The notes beneath the pieces are model-generated. The model was not told where the DNA came from, ran no database searches, and saw only the letters and a program-made list of their open reading frames with translations. From IMG/VR virus record IMGVR_UViG_3300010052_000009, positions 1-27,697 of that record: a stretch of DNA of 27,697 bases; one strand, written 5' to 3'. Both the position numbers and the translations under genes were made by a program. Positions 1 to 8,443 of the stretch are shown here, piece after piece (within the stretch, counting starts at the first letter, position 1; the number at the start of each line of letters is the position of its first letter). This stretch comes from a virus (lineage: Duplodnaviria > Caudoviricetes).

Positions 1-335
1 ATCTCGATATCAGCCCGATCGTGTCGCTGGTCCGGGCCGGGTTCAGCCGGGAGCGGATTGAAATCGGGGTTCGGGCGGCGGTCGCGGCGGCGAAACAGCC
101 GATCAAGTCTTGGAAGAGCTTCGACGGCTGGGTGAAGAACACCTCGGCCGAGGTTCAGCCCATCGCCAAGCCCATCGATCTCGAAACGCAGTGGCGCAAC
201 AAGCTGACCCGCTACCGGGACAAAGGCGACTGGCCTGGAGGCTGGGGCGACCCGCCCGGTCATCCCTGCTGCACGATCCCTGCGGCTTTCATCGCGAAAT
301 TCGACACCCACAACAAGGGAGAGCGCGCGGCATGA
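1..335 (+). CDS. 5'-truncated phage protein, possibly C-terminus of a replication protein
   Basis: Open frame to TGA 333-335; C-terminal W..WG.PPG.P.C.IP motif and GERAA* ending coupled to the next ATG; position upstream of nin-like genes. Confidence 0.5.
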   Translation, partial: LDISPIVSLVRAGFSRERIEIGVRAAVAAAKQPIKSWKSFDGWVKNTSAEVQPIAKPIDLETQWRNKLTRYRDKGDWPGGWGDPPGHPCCTIPAAFIAKFDTHNKGERAA

Positions 336-589
336 GTGGAGCACGCGAGATTTGTTATCGCTGCCAGAATTTCGCTGGTGGGTGCAACGGCTCTTGCCGC
401 CCGTCAGCGCCGTCGTACTGGTCTATCACCAATCCGCAGCCGAAGGGCTGCATCTGCCCGCCCACAAGCGAGAAGACCTGCCAGCGGTTTGATTGCGGAC
501 GCAGAACATCGCCGCTTGCTCAGGCAGACCAAGGTTCTGGCAGTCAGCTCGCGGATGCCACCCCAAAATCCAACCCCAGAGGGCAGTAG
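332..589 (+). CDS. small Cys-rich hypothetical protein (85 aa)
   Basis: ATG 332 overlaps previous stop (ATGA), SD-like AAGGGAG upstream; CYRC/CNGSC/CICPPTSEKTCQRFDC. Confidence 0.65.
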   Translation: MSGAREICYRCQNFAGGCNGSCRPSAPSYWSITNPQPKGCICPPTSEKTCQRFDCGRRTSPLAQADQGSGSQLADATPKSNPRGQ

Positions 590-590
590 C

Positions 591-794
591 ATGAGCGCTG
601 GTCAGGACGCTTACAATCGCAGCCGCTACGAGCAGGCCCGGAAAGACCTCAGGGCGGAAATCGAAGTCGAGCTTCGAGAGGAGTTCGAGGCACAGGCGCC
701 TGTGAAGCTCATTGAGCTAGCCGAGCGGTTCGTCATCGCAGTGGAAGCCATCGCCCGAGCCAAGGGCGTTCCTGCCCAAGAGCCCACCCCATGA
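591..794 (+). CDS. hypothetical protein (67 aa, helical)
   Basis: ATG 591 just after the TAG ending at 589, SD GAGGG; stop overlaps next ATG. Confidence 0.7.
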   Translation: MSAGQDAYNRSRYEQARKDLRAEIEVELREEFEAQAPVKLIELAERFVIAVEAIARAKGVPAQEPTP

Positions 795-1102
795 ACGCTG
801 AAACAAGGGCGAAGGAGATCGGCATGACGCCTGAACAGCGCGCCCGCGACCTGATGGCGAACGCAATCCCTGACGGGATGGACGAGGCTTCATTCGGAGA
901 GCTGGACGAGTACCTCCACACGCGCATCGCCGCCGCCATCCGTTCGGCAGAGAACGACAAGCTGGAGGAGGCGGCGCGGGCAGTCGATGCCCTTGAGATT
1001 CCGCGAGAGAACTACCGTCTCGGCCGCACCTACTGGTCCGTTCATGTCGACACGCTCGATGAAGCATCAACGGCCGTCCGCTCCCTAATCCAGAAGGACT
1101 GA
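791..1102 (+). CDS. hypothetical phage protein (103 aa)
   Basis: ATGA coupling; helical LEEAAR...AVRSL segment typical of phage accessory proteins. Confidence 0.75.
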   Translation: MNAETRAKEIGMTPEQRARDLMANAIPDGMDEASFGELDEYLHTRIAAAIRSAENDKLEEAARAVDALEIPRENYRLGRTYWSVHVDTLDEASTAVRSLIQKD

Positions 1103-1105
1103 ACC

Positions 1106-1645
1106 ATGGCGAAGGCAGCCGGACGTAAGCGCAAGCAGGGCGTGACCCGTACAAAGACCGGCCAGATCAGCCGAGCCGGCAAAGACCCGCGCATGACAGC
1201 GCTCGCACAGCACCACCGCGCCGGCAGCCTGTCTGAATGGCGAGGGACGACCGTGGGCAGGCTCTTGGAGGATCAGCGCGACCTTACACGAGGCACGGTC
1301 CCGAAGGAACTTCACGAAGCCGCCAATCGCTTCGCCAAGGCATACGAGGCCTATCGGTCAGCCATGTGCTCGCGCCGGCCTCTCGCCATCGTCAGCGGCG
1401 GCATGCCTGGGGAGGAAGATCAGGAGCGAACCGCCAAGCTCATCAAGCGATACACCGACGCGAACACCGTCCTTCAGCAGCACGGCCATGCCATTCGCCA
1501 AGCCACTCATGAGATCGTCTGCGACCATCATGAGGAGAGCTGGCGTCCTCCGTTCCACATGGCCTATCATTGCGTCGAGGGCCTGAAGGCTCTCGCTGAT
1601 CACTACGGGCTGGACTGGCGTGCTCCTGATCGCCAAGCCGCTTGA
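1106..1645 (+). CDS. putative late-gene regulator (Q-position gene)
   Basis: SD AAGGA; basic N-terminus (GRKRKQG..R...GQISR), C-terminal GLKALADHYGL; lies directly before promoter+terminator+terminase. Function inferred from synteny only. Confidence 0.55.
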   Translation: MAKAAGRKRKQGVTRTKTGQISRAGKDPRMTALAQHHRAGSLSEWRGTTVGRLLEDQRDLTRGTVPKELHEAANRFAKAYEAYRSAMCSRRPLAIVSGGMPGEEDQERTAKLIKRYTDANTVLQQHGHAIRQATHEIVCDHHEESWRPPFHMAYHCVEGLKALADHYGLDWRAPDRQAA

Positions 1646-1671
1646 CACCGAATCTTGCATCTGCGCATGAT
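1642..1671 (+). promoter_or_regulatory. putative sigma70-type late promoter
   Basis: Perfect TTGACA (1642-1647) overlapping the upstream stop, 18-bp spacer, CATGAT (1666-1671). Confidence 0.55.
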
Positions 1672-1750
1672 ATAGACCATAGCGATTTGCGTCCGGTTCA
1701 GAAATGGCCGGGCGCTTATCATTTCCCCGCTTGGGTTCGTCCCTCGCGAC

Positions 1751-1785
1751 GCCCGGAGCCCCAAAGGCTGCCGGGCTTTTTGTTT
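1751..1785 (+). terminator. intrinsic terminator in late leader (tR'-like)
   Basis: GCCCGG-AGCC...GGCT-G-CCGGGC hairpin followed by TTTTTGTTT. Confidence 0.75.
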
Positions 1786-1795
1786 GGGGTGAGTG

Positions 1796-2179
1796 ATGGG
1801 CGCTCCTGCTGATAAAACAGCGGAAAAACAGCGCGGCGTTCCATTCGCGCCAGGCGCTTCCCCAAACCCAGCAGGCCGCCCGAAAGGCTCGCGCAACAAG
1901 CTCGGAGAGGCCTTCATCCAGGCGCTCTACGAGGACTTCACCGAGCACGGGACGAACGTGATCGAAACCGTCCGCTGCGAAAAGCCCGATCAGTACCTCA
2001 AGGTCGTCGCCTCGATCCTCCCGAAGGAGCTGAAGGTCACGACCGAAGTCGAGTTGAACGATGAGCAGCTTGATCAGCGCATCCGCCAGCTTGCCGGCCT
2101 CCTTGAACTCGCCATTGGAGGCGAAGGCGGAGCTGGCGAGACTGCTGGCGGAGAAGCAGCGCCGGCGCGATACAACTAA
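1796..2179 (+). CDS. terS: terminase small subunit
   Basis: F.PG.S.NP.GRPKGSRNK motif, directly upstream of terL; alternative start GTG 1793. Confidence 0.8.
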   Translation: MGAPADKTAEKQRGVPFAPGASPNPAGRPKGSRNKLGEAFIQALYEDFTEHGTNVIETVRCEKPDQYLKVVASILPKELKVTTEVELNDEQLDQRIRQLAGLLELAIGGEGGAGETAGGEAAPARYN

Positions 2180-2780
2180 GCTCTCTCGCTACCGGCCCTA
2201 CGCCAAGCAGCGCGAGTTTCATGCAGCCGGCGCCGTTCACCGTGAGCGCCTGTTCATGGCAGGCAATCAGCTCGGCAAGACGTATTCAGGTGCGGCAGAG
2301 GCGGCGATCCACCTGACGGGCGAATACCCCGATTGGTGGCAGGGCCGGCGCTTCGACAAGCCGGTGCGTTTCTGGGCTGGGTCTGAGACGAACGAAGTCA
2401 CGCGAGACGGTGCGCAGCGCCTGCTTGTTGGCGAGCCCAAGGACGAAGGTCAGTGGGGAACCGGGCTGATCCCGAAGGCCTCGCTGCTGGATTGGACGCG
2501 GCGCCAGGGCGTCCCTGACGCGCTCGACGGCGTGATGGTGCGCCATGCGACGGGCGGCGTCAGCATCCTCGGCTTCAAGTCCTACGACATGGGCCGCACG
2601 AAGTGGCAGGGCGAAACGCTCGACGGCGTGTGGTTCGATGAGGAGCCGCCCTCTGACATCTATTTCGAGGGCCTGACGCGCACGAACGCCACGAACGGCA
2701 TGGTCTACCTGACCTTCACGCCGCTCAAGGGCATGTCGGACGTGGTCCACCAGTTCATTCAGGATTGCGGGCTGGAATGA
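2061..2780 (+). CDS. terL: terminase large subunit, N-terminal ATPase part
   Basis: Q motif (YRPYAKQREFH), Walker A AGNQLGKT, Walker B VWFDEE, coupling motif LTFTP; overlaps terS by 119 nt. Confidence 0.93.
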   Translation: MSSLISASASLPASLNSPLEAKAELARLLAEKQRRRDTTKLSRYRPYAKQREFHAAGAVHRERLFMAGNQLGKTYSGAAEAAIHLTGEYPDWWQGRRFDKPVRFWAGSETNEVTRDGAQRLLVGEPKDEGQWGTGLIPKASLLDWTRRQGVPDALDGVMVRHATGGVSILGFKSYDMGRTKWQGETLDGVWFDEEPPSDIYFEGLTRTNATNGMVYLTFTPLKGMSDVVHQFIQDCGLE

Positions 2781-3529
2781 CCAGGCACATCACCCGCATG
2801 ACGATCGAGGATGCGGAGCACTACACCCCGGAGCAGCGCGCGGCTATCATCGCGAGCTATCCGGCGCATGAGCGCGAGGCCCGCACCAAGGGCATCCCGA
2901 CGCTCGGCAGTGGTCGCGTGTTCCCGCTCTCTGACGATGACATTTCCTGCGAGGCGCCAGAGGTTCAGCGCGCGTGGGTGCTCATCGGCGGCGTTGACTT
3001 CGGTTGGGACCATCCGACCGCAGCTGCCAAGCTCGCATGGGATCGAGACGCTGACATCGTCTACGTCATCGCCGGCTATCGGATGCGCGAGGCAACGCCC
3101 GTCATTCACGCGGCTGCGCTGAAGCCTTGGGGCGAAAAGCTCCCATGGGCATGGCCGCACGACGGCTTGCAGCATGACAAGGGCTCAGGCGACCAGCTCG
3201 CCGAGCTTTATCGCAAGCAGGGCCTGAACATGCTCCCCGAGCGCGCGACGTTCGAGGACGGCACGAACGGCGTGGAAGCGGGTGTTCTCGACATGCTCGA
3301 CCGCATGCAGACCGGCCGGCTCAAGGTCGCCAAGCACCTGACCGAATGGTTCGAAGAGTTCCGCCTGTATCACCGCAAGGATGGGAAGATCGTGAAAGAA
3401 CGCGATGACCTTCTGTCCGCGACGCGGTACGCGCTGATGATGCTGCGGCATGCTCGACCGGAGAAATCGGCGGGTGACATGCGCCGTATCGCCCCCCGCA
3501 TGGGCGCAAACGGGTGGCTTGGCGCCTGA
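2777..3529 (+). CDS. terL: terminase large subunit, C-terminal part (nuclease)
   Basis: ATG 2777 overlaps stop of ATPase ORF (ATGA); YPAHEREARTKGIP.LGSGRVF, nuclease motifs GVDFGWDHP, AWPHDG, DDLLSATRY as in P22-type TerL. Confidence 0.92.
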   Translation: MTRHITRMTIEDAEHYTPEQRAAIIASYPAHEREARTKGIPTLGSGRVFPLSDDDISCEAPEVQRAWVLIGGVDFGWDHPTAAAKLAWDRDADIVYVIAGYRMREATPVIHAAALKPWGEKLPWAWPHDGLQHDKGSGDQLAELYRKQGLNMLPERATFEDGTNGVEAGVLDMLDRMQTGRLKVAKHLTEWFEEFRLYHRKDGKIVKERDDLLSATRYALMMLRHARPEKSAGDMRRIAPRMGANGWLGA

Positions 3530-5643
3530 TGGCTCGCGAACCCAAGGCCAAGCGCAACGACTCGGGCAAGTCCGATGTCGTCGTGACGGCGCTTGCCCAG
3601 TACCAGTATGCTTATGAGGCCAACCGCGACAACACGGTAGGCGCTTACGACGACCTTCGCTTTGCTGCGGGTGATCAGTGGCCTGGCGATGTCGAGCGGC
3701 AGCGCAAGGCAGATGGTCGCCCGTGCCTCACCGTCAACATGGTGCCGAAGTTCCTGCGCCAGGTTACGGGCGATATTCGCCAGATGCGCCCTGCGGTTCG
3801 CGTCATCGGCGTGGACGATAACGGCGATGTCGAGAAGGCCGAGGCCTATCAGGATATCATCCGGTACATCGAGCGGCGCTCGGATGCCCAGTACGCATAT
3901 TTCAATGCGGCTGACAGCACGGTAGCGGCCGGCATCGGCTATTGGCGCATCGATACCGAGTACGACAACGAAGAGAACAACGTCCAAGACATCTGCATCA
4001 ACGCGGTGCATGACGGCGTGGGCGTGGTCATCGATCCCGATAGCGACCATGCGGTCAAGCTCGATGCCTCGTTCGCCTTCATCCCGGTCGATTTCACATG
4101 GGATGCGTTCAAGAAGAAGTTCCCGAACTCATCGACGGCCGGCTTCACCAACATCGACGAATGGGCGCGCAACATCAGCACGTCCGTCTACTCGTCGGAT
4201 ATCCAGTGGTTCACGCAGAAGACGATCCGCGTCGTCGAGTACTTCACCCGCACGAAGGAAAAGGACGGCTGGAAGGTCAAGCGCTACCTCCTCAACGCGA
4301 TGGAGGAGCTTGAGCCAGCGAAGGATGTCGCCTGCGATTATATCCCGCTGATCCCGCTGGTTGGCGAAGAGGTCCGCATCGGCCCGCGCGTCGTGCGCCG
4401 GGGCATGGTTCGGCTGCTGCGCGACTCGCAGCGCATGTACAACTATTGCTATTCGACGCAAGCCGAGGTCGTAGCGCTCCAGCCGAAGGCGCCTTACGTC
4501 GTCACGGCGAAAAACGTCGAGGATTGGGCTGACCTGTGGGGGAAGGCGAACACCGCCAACCTGCCATATCTCGTCTACGACCCTGACCCGGCAAACGGTG
4601 GTGCGCGCCCGGCGCGTGAGACCCCGCCCGTAGCGGCTTCCGGTATCGAGCTGCTGATGCAGCAGGCCCTGGAGGACATGAAGGCTGTCACTGGCCTCTA
4701 TGATGCCTCGCTCGGTGCACGCTCGAACGAGCAAAGCGGCAAGGCCATCTTGGCTCGCGAGCGTCAGGGCGATACGGGACAGTATCACTTCACCGAGGCC
4801 TTCATGCGCGCTCTGCGCCTGACGGGCATCGTGCTCGTGAACATGATCCCGAAGATCTACGACACGCAGCGCGTTCTCCGTGTGCTGGGAGAAGACGGGG
4901 CGATCAACGAGACGAAGATCAACCAGCTTGTGCCGAGCCGGAAGAACCGCGCTCAGCTCATCAATATGGACGTGACCACCGGCAAGTACGATGTCGCGGT
5001 GGAGAGCGGCCCGAGCTTCAACACCCGACGCGATGAAGCGCGCGAGGGCATGAACGCGCTCTTGCAGGCCGCGCCTAACCTGATCCCGCTGATTGGTGAC
5101 CTGTACGTCGGTGCTATGGACTGGCCTGAGAAGGAGAAGATCGCCTCCCGTCTCAAGACGATGCTGCCGCCTGCGATCAAGGCCGAGGAAGACGAAGAGG
5201 CCGGCGAAGGCGCGATGGGCATGCCGAACCGGCAGCCGACGCCGCAGGAAATTCAGATGGCGCAGGCCGCGCAGATGCAGCAAGCGGCGGCCGAGATGGA
5301 GCTTCAGGCTAAGCGGATCGACCTGGCGACCAAGGACGCTGCAAGGCGCAAGGCCGAAGCAGACGCGGCCCGTGCCGAGTTCGACGCGCAGAAGGCTCAG
5401 ATGGAGTTGCAAGCTGGTATTGTCAGCGCTTCGACCCCGCCCGCGCCTCCGCAGCCGAACGTGTCGGTGGAGATGACCCAAGACCCGCGCGTTGACCAGC
5501 TTGCTCAGCAGGTTGCCATGTTCGGTGCCGCTTTGGAGCAGATCATCACAGCACTTCAACCGCCGCCGTCACCCGAACCGCCAGCCGAGTTCGTTCCGAT
5601 CGATCAGCCGCCCCAACCGGGCGGCTTTTTTAATGGGCAATAG
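3529..5643 (+). CDS. P22-like portal protein
   Basis: TGATG coupling; DLRFAAGDQW, RPCLTVN, G.GYWRI, DSQRMYNY, SGKAILAR..QG, GKYDV.VESGPSF.TRR; C-terminal Q/A-rich coiled coil. Confidence 0.95.
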   Translation: MAREPKAKRNDSGKSDVVVTALAQYQYAYEANRDNTVGAYDDLRFAAGDQWPGDVERQRKADGRPCLTVNMVPKFLRQVTGDIRQMRPAVRVIGVDDNGDVEKAEAYQDIIRYIERRSDAQYAYFNAADSTVAAGIGYWRIDTEYDNEENNVQDICINAVHDGVGVVIDPDSDHAVKLDASFAFIPVDFTWDAFKKKFPNSSTAGFTNIDEWARNISTSVYSSDIQWFTQKTIRVVEYFTRTKEKDGWKVKRYLLNAMEELEPAKDVACDYIPLIPLVGEEVRIGPRVVRRGMVRLLRDSQRMYNYCYSTQAEVVALQPKAPYVVTAKNVEDWADLWGKANTANLPYLVYDPDPANGGARPARETPPVAASGIELLMQQALEDMKAVTGLYDASLGARSNEQSGKAILARERQGDTGQYHFTEAFMRALRLTGIVLVNMIPKIYDTQRVLRVLGEDGAINETKINQLVPSRKNRAQLINMDVTTGKYDVAVESGPSFNTRRDEAREGMNALLQAAPNLIPLIGDLYVGAMDWPEKEKIASRLKTMLPPAIKAEEDEEAGEGAMGMPNRQPTPQEIQMAQAAQMQQAAAEMELQAKRIDLATKDAARRKAEADAARAEFDAQKAQMELQAGIVSASTPPAPPQPNVSVEMTQDPRVDQLAQQVAMFGAALEQIITALQPPPSPEPPAEFVPIDQPPQPGGFFNGQ
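5606..5631 (+). terminator. terminator-like hairpin within portal 3' end
   Basis: AGCCGCCC-caacc-GGGCGGCT followed by TTTTT; encodes PPQPGGFF. Confidence 0.6.
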
Positions 5644-5645
5644 CG

Positions 5646-5915
5646 ATGGCCACTGAAATCCTTGCGATCGGGACGAGCGACGCGAACTCGTCCGACGTAG
5701 TCGTGACTACCACGCTGACCGTTGGCCTCAAGACCAGCGCCGGACCTCAGGTCGATGGCTCTGCAAACGTGCTGCTTCAGCTCAAGGATGACGGTGGTCA
5801 GTACTTCACTGTCGATACGCTGAACCAAGCCAAGCCGGCTGTTCTGATCTCGGCTCCTGGGACTTATCGTTTCAGGCGCCTTGGTAGCTCGTCCTGCGGT
5901 GTGTTCAGTGCCTAA
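5646..5915 (+). CDS. hypothetical beta-rich virion-associated protein (89 aa)
   Basis: ATG 2 nt after portal stop; codon usage like neighbours; beta-strand pattern ending PGTYRFRR...GVF. Confidence 0.75.
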   Translation: MATEILAIGTSDANSSDVVVTTTLTVGLKTSAGPQVDGSANVLLQLKDDGGQYFTVDTLNQAKPAVLISAPGTYRFRRLGSSSCGVFSA

Positions 5916-7872
5916 GCTGACGCAGCCCCTGACCCTGCCTCTGACGAGGCGGGCAGCGCGCGCATTGAATGCAGCCCTTGGCACGGGTGGCGGGTCTGCG
6001 CCTGACCCCGGCCCGTTTCCATCCAGCGCTTTCCTCGCTGCGCGCTATGCCGCCGACAACCCGGACAACACCGTCGAAACCACCGATATCAACTTCGCCA
6101 CGACGGACGTTGACACGGCCGGAAACAAGATCGTCATCACCGCGCCGTACAAGGCGCCGGGCTCGACCAATGCTCAGCGAGCGCGCGGGTCGCGGGTCTA
6201 TTTCTCCTCGACCGGCACGCTGCCTGCCCCGCTCGTCGCCGGAACGGCCTATTTCATCTCGCCTGTCTCGGGCGGCTTCCGCATCTACCCCCTTGCGACG
6301 ACCTCGGACACGATCCCCGGCTTCTTCGCGGGCGAGACGATCAGCGAGTCCACCAACTGGGCGCTCGGTATCAACCCGATCGTGCTGACCACGCAGGGCA
6401 GCGGAACGCACCGCATCTATTCGAACCCGCTGGCGGCGGTCATCGCGGACCTGTCGGGCAACGGCTTCACCTGCCAGTGCGACGACCTGGCCGACCGCAA
6501 CACGATGCTGGAGATCATCACGGACGGTTCTGGCCGCAAGGCGTTCCGCTCCCGCATGATCTACGACGACCTCGACGTGGGTTTCTACAATTCCTACGGC
6601 AAGGGCTATGTGCAGGGTCCGCCCGGCGCAGGCGGCAAGCGGCTTGAGGCCCGCACGAACTGGGGCGCGAACAAGCGCTGCGCGGTCAAGATCACCGTCA
6701 TGCGGATCGAGCCGCGCCGCAAGCAGAGCATCGCCAAGACGAAGGTGCCGGCCTCTCAGGTCGATACCGGCAACAACCGCATCCTGACGACCAACCCGTC
6801 AGTCTCGGTCAACTCCTTCACCAACCTCGATCTGGTACGGGTGAAGCTCGCAGCCGGCGCCACGATCCCGTCGCCGCTGGTGGAGGGGCAGGACTACTAC
6901 TGCACGGTCAGCGGGCTCTATATCACGCTCTATCCGACCTATGCGGACGCGGTGGCGGCGACCAATGCCGTTGTCCTGACGACGCAAGGCTCCGGGTCGT
7001 TCTGGCTCTATGCGCCGGCCCGTGTGGCCGACAACACCCGTTGGGGCTCTATCAGCGAGTGGGTGCAGACCGATGACGTTCGCAACGTCATGCGCCCGCA
7101 GACGGAGCGCGATGGCCCGGCATCGTCCGGTATTCTGGCCTTCACCAACATCTTCACCGCTGCGAACGGGACGAGCAACGGGCAGTTCGGCAATACGAGC
7201 CTGAACACGAGCTTCATTCAGGTGAAGTTCTGGTGGCCTCCGGGCTGCACCCCGCCGATCTGCTCGGACACCGGCCTGCCTCTTGGCGAGGGACCGTTCT
7301 ACGTCTCGAAGCCTACCGCTGGCTCGTCGGTTATCCGCATTCACCGCGATCTGGTCAGCGCGCAGGCGAGCGATGGGCTTACCACGAACTCCCTTGCCGA
7401 CAACCCCGGCAGTGCGACCGCCAACCGCTGGTGCATCAAGTTCCCGACCGCGGCTGTTCCGACTGTCGGCTCCTTCTACATCCGCCAGGAAGACGGCTGC
7501 TGCGACTTCTCGATTGCGCAGGCGAAGAACACGACCACGCCCCGCTTTGGCCAGCGCGTGCCGATGGATCAGGTTTTGGTCCTGCTGACCAAGATCGACT
7601 ACGACAACCCGGCGCAGGCCAATCCCTACGCGACGCTCGGCGTCAATGCGGCGAACACCATCGGCCTGCTGCTGAGCGGCACGAAGGGCAACACGACCGC
7701 AACCGTGTTCGATGGGCCGGGCTGGACGGAGTTCAACTCGACGGCCCTCCATGTCGCGTTCCACGGCGATATCTACGACGACACGTTCTATTCGTCGGTT
7801 GGCGAGATCACCGACGCAGACATGTCGCCGGCCGTGGATTGGTTCAAAGCCAAGAGGTCAATCGCAGCATGA
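5908..7872 (+). CDS. large repeat-containing fibre/lectin-like protein (654 aa)
   Basis: Probable GTG start at 5908 overlapping previous gene; G/P linker; ADLSGNG and FHGDIY...DWFKAK segments resembling a LamG/ConA-like frame, interrupted by LPAPLV.G..Y modules. Confidence 0.7.
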   Translation: MPKLTQPLTLPLTRRAARALNAALGTGGGSAPDPGPFPSSAFLAARYAADNPDNTVETTDINFATTDVDTAGNKIVITAPYKAPGSTNAQRARGSRVYFSSTGTLPAPLVAGTAYFISPVSGGFRIYPLATTSDTIPGFFAGETISESTNWALGINPIVLTTQGSGTHRIYSNPLAAVIADLSGNGFTCQCDDLADRNTMLEIITDGSGRKAFRSRMIYDDLDVGFYNSYGKGYVQGPPGAGGKRLEARTNWGANKRCAVKITVMRIEPRRKQSIAKTKVPASQVDTGNNRILTTNPSVSVNSFTNLDLVRVKLAAGATIPSPLVEGQDYYCTVSGLYITLYPTYADAVAATNAVVLTTQGSGSFWLYAPARVADNTRWGSISEWVQTDDVRNVMRPQTERDGPASSGILAFTNIFTAANGTSNGQFGNTSLNTSFIQVKFWWPPGCTPPICSDTGLPLGEGPFYVSKPTAGSSVIRIHRDLVSAQASDGLTTNSLADNPGSATANRWCIKFPTAAVPTVGSFYIRQEDGCCDFSIAQAKNTTTPRFGQRVPMDQVLVLLTKIDYDNPAQANPYATLGVNAANTIGLLLSGTKGNTTATVFDGPGWTEFNSTALHVAFHGDIYDDTFYSSVGEITDADMSPAVDWFKAKRSIAA

Positions 7873-8081
7873 CCAATGAAGAACTCGAAGCAGCGGTTCG
7901 CGACAAGCTGAAGCAGTGCCAGGCGCTCAACATCGAACAAAGCTTGGCGGCTGCCTACACGGCGCAGCAGATCAACGCGGGCGATGAGACGGTGCGGCTT
8001 GGCTACAAGCTGGCTGGCGACTTCATCATCTTCTTCTCTGACCCACTCGGGGCGGAATGGCGCGAGAGGTACACGGCATGA
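7869..8081 (+). CDS. hypothetical protein (70 aa)
   Basis: ATGA coupling on both ends, SD GAGG. Confidence 0.7.
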   Translation: MTNEELEAAVRDKLKQCQALNIEQSLAAAYTAQQINAGDETVRLGYKLAGDFIIFFSDPLGAEWRERYTA

Positions 8082-8302
8082 CTTCGACAAGCATGATCGC
8101 GCTCAACGCAGCGGCGACGTTTCACCGGCCGAAGGCTTTGCCGGCTCCGTTGGTGGAGGGGGCTGATTACGTGGTGGAGCGCATTTGCGGCGGCAAGGCC
8201 AGGCTCTGGCCGTCGAAAGCTGCCGCCGAGGCACACATCAAGGGTGAGATCGTGCGCTTCACCTCGGCCGGTGAGCCGGACGTTATCGACTACGACGAAT
8301 AG
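8078..8302 (+). CDS. 74-aa stand-alone copy of the LPAPLV.G..Y module
   Basis: ATGA coupling, SD GAGGT; LPAPLVEGADYVV...RLWPSKAAA matches repeats in 5908-7872. Confidence 0.7.
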   Translation: MTSTSMIALNAAATFHRPKALPAPLVEGADYVVERICGGKARLWPSKAAAEAHIKGEIVRFTSAGEPDVIDYDE

Positions 8303-8412
8303 TGGTCGCCTGAACCCATCACCCTTCTAGGGCAGATAACCGATTGAGAGCCGCAAGCTCTCCATAGTCTTCACGCGAGCCGGCGCATGCCGTGCTGGCT
8401 GCGATGATGAGC

Positions 8413-8443
8413 AAGGCGCCCCTCACCGGGCGCCTTTTTCTTT
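8413..8443 (+). terminator. intrinsic terminator before scaffold gene
   Basis: AAGGCGCCC-ctcacc-GGGCGCCTT followed by TTTCTTT. Confidence 0.75.

Noticed and set aside
2740-2800. Programmed -1 frameshift joining the TerL halves
   Set aside because: No X XXY YYZ slippery site before the stop; ATGA coupling explains it more simply, though a frameshift is not formally excluded.
4129-5559. 476-aa minus-strand ORF, and similar ones at 6799-7764, 9130-10551, 11000-11803 and 12667-13833
   Set aside because: Antisense shadows of well-supported + strand genes, expected with GC-rich codon usage; no recognisable motifs.
7233-7868. Upstream part of the 282-aa + ORF
   Set aside because: Out-of-frame overlap with the 654-aa gene; the real start is the coupled ATG 7869.
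5908-8302. Diversity-generating retroelement (template/variable repeat pair)
   Set aside because: DNA similarity between the mini-gene and fibre repeats is short and not adenine-specific; no reverse transcriptase in the window.
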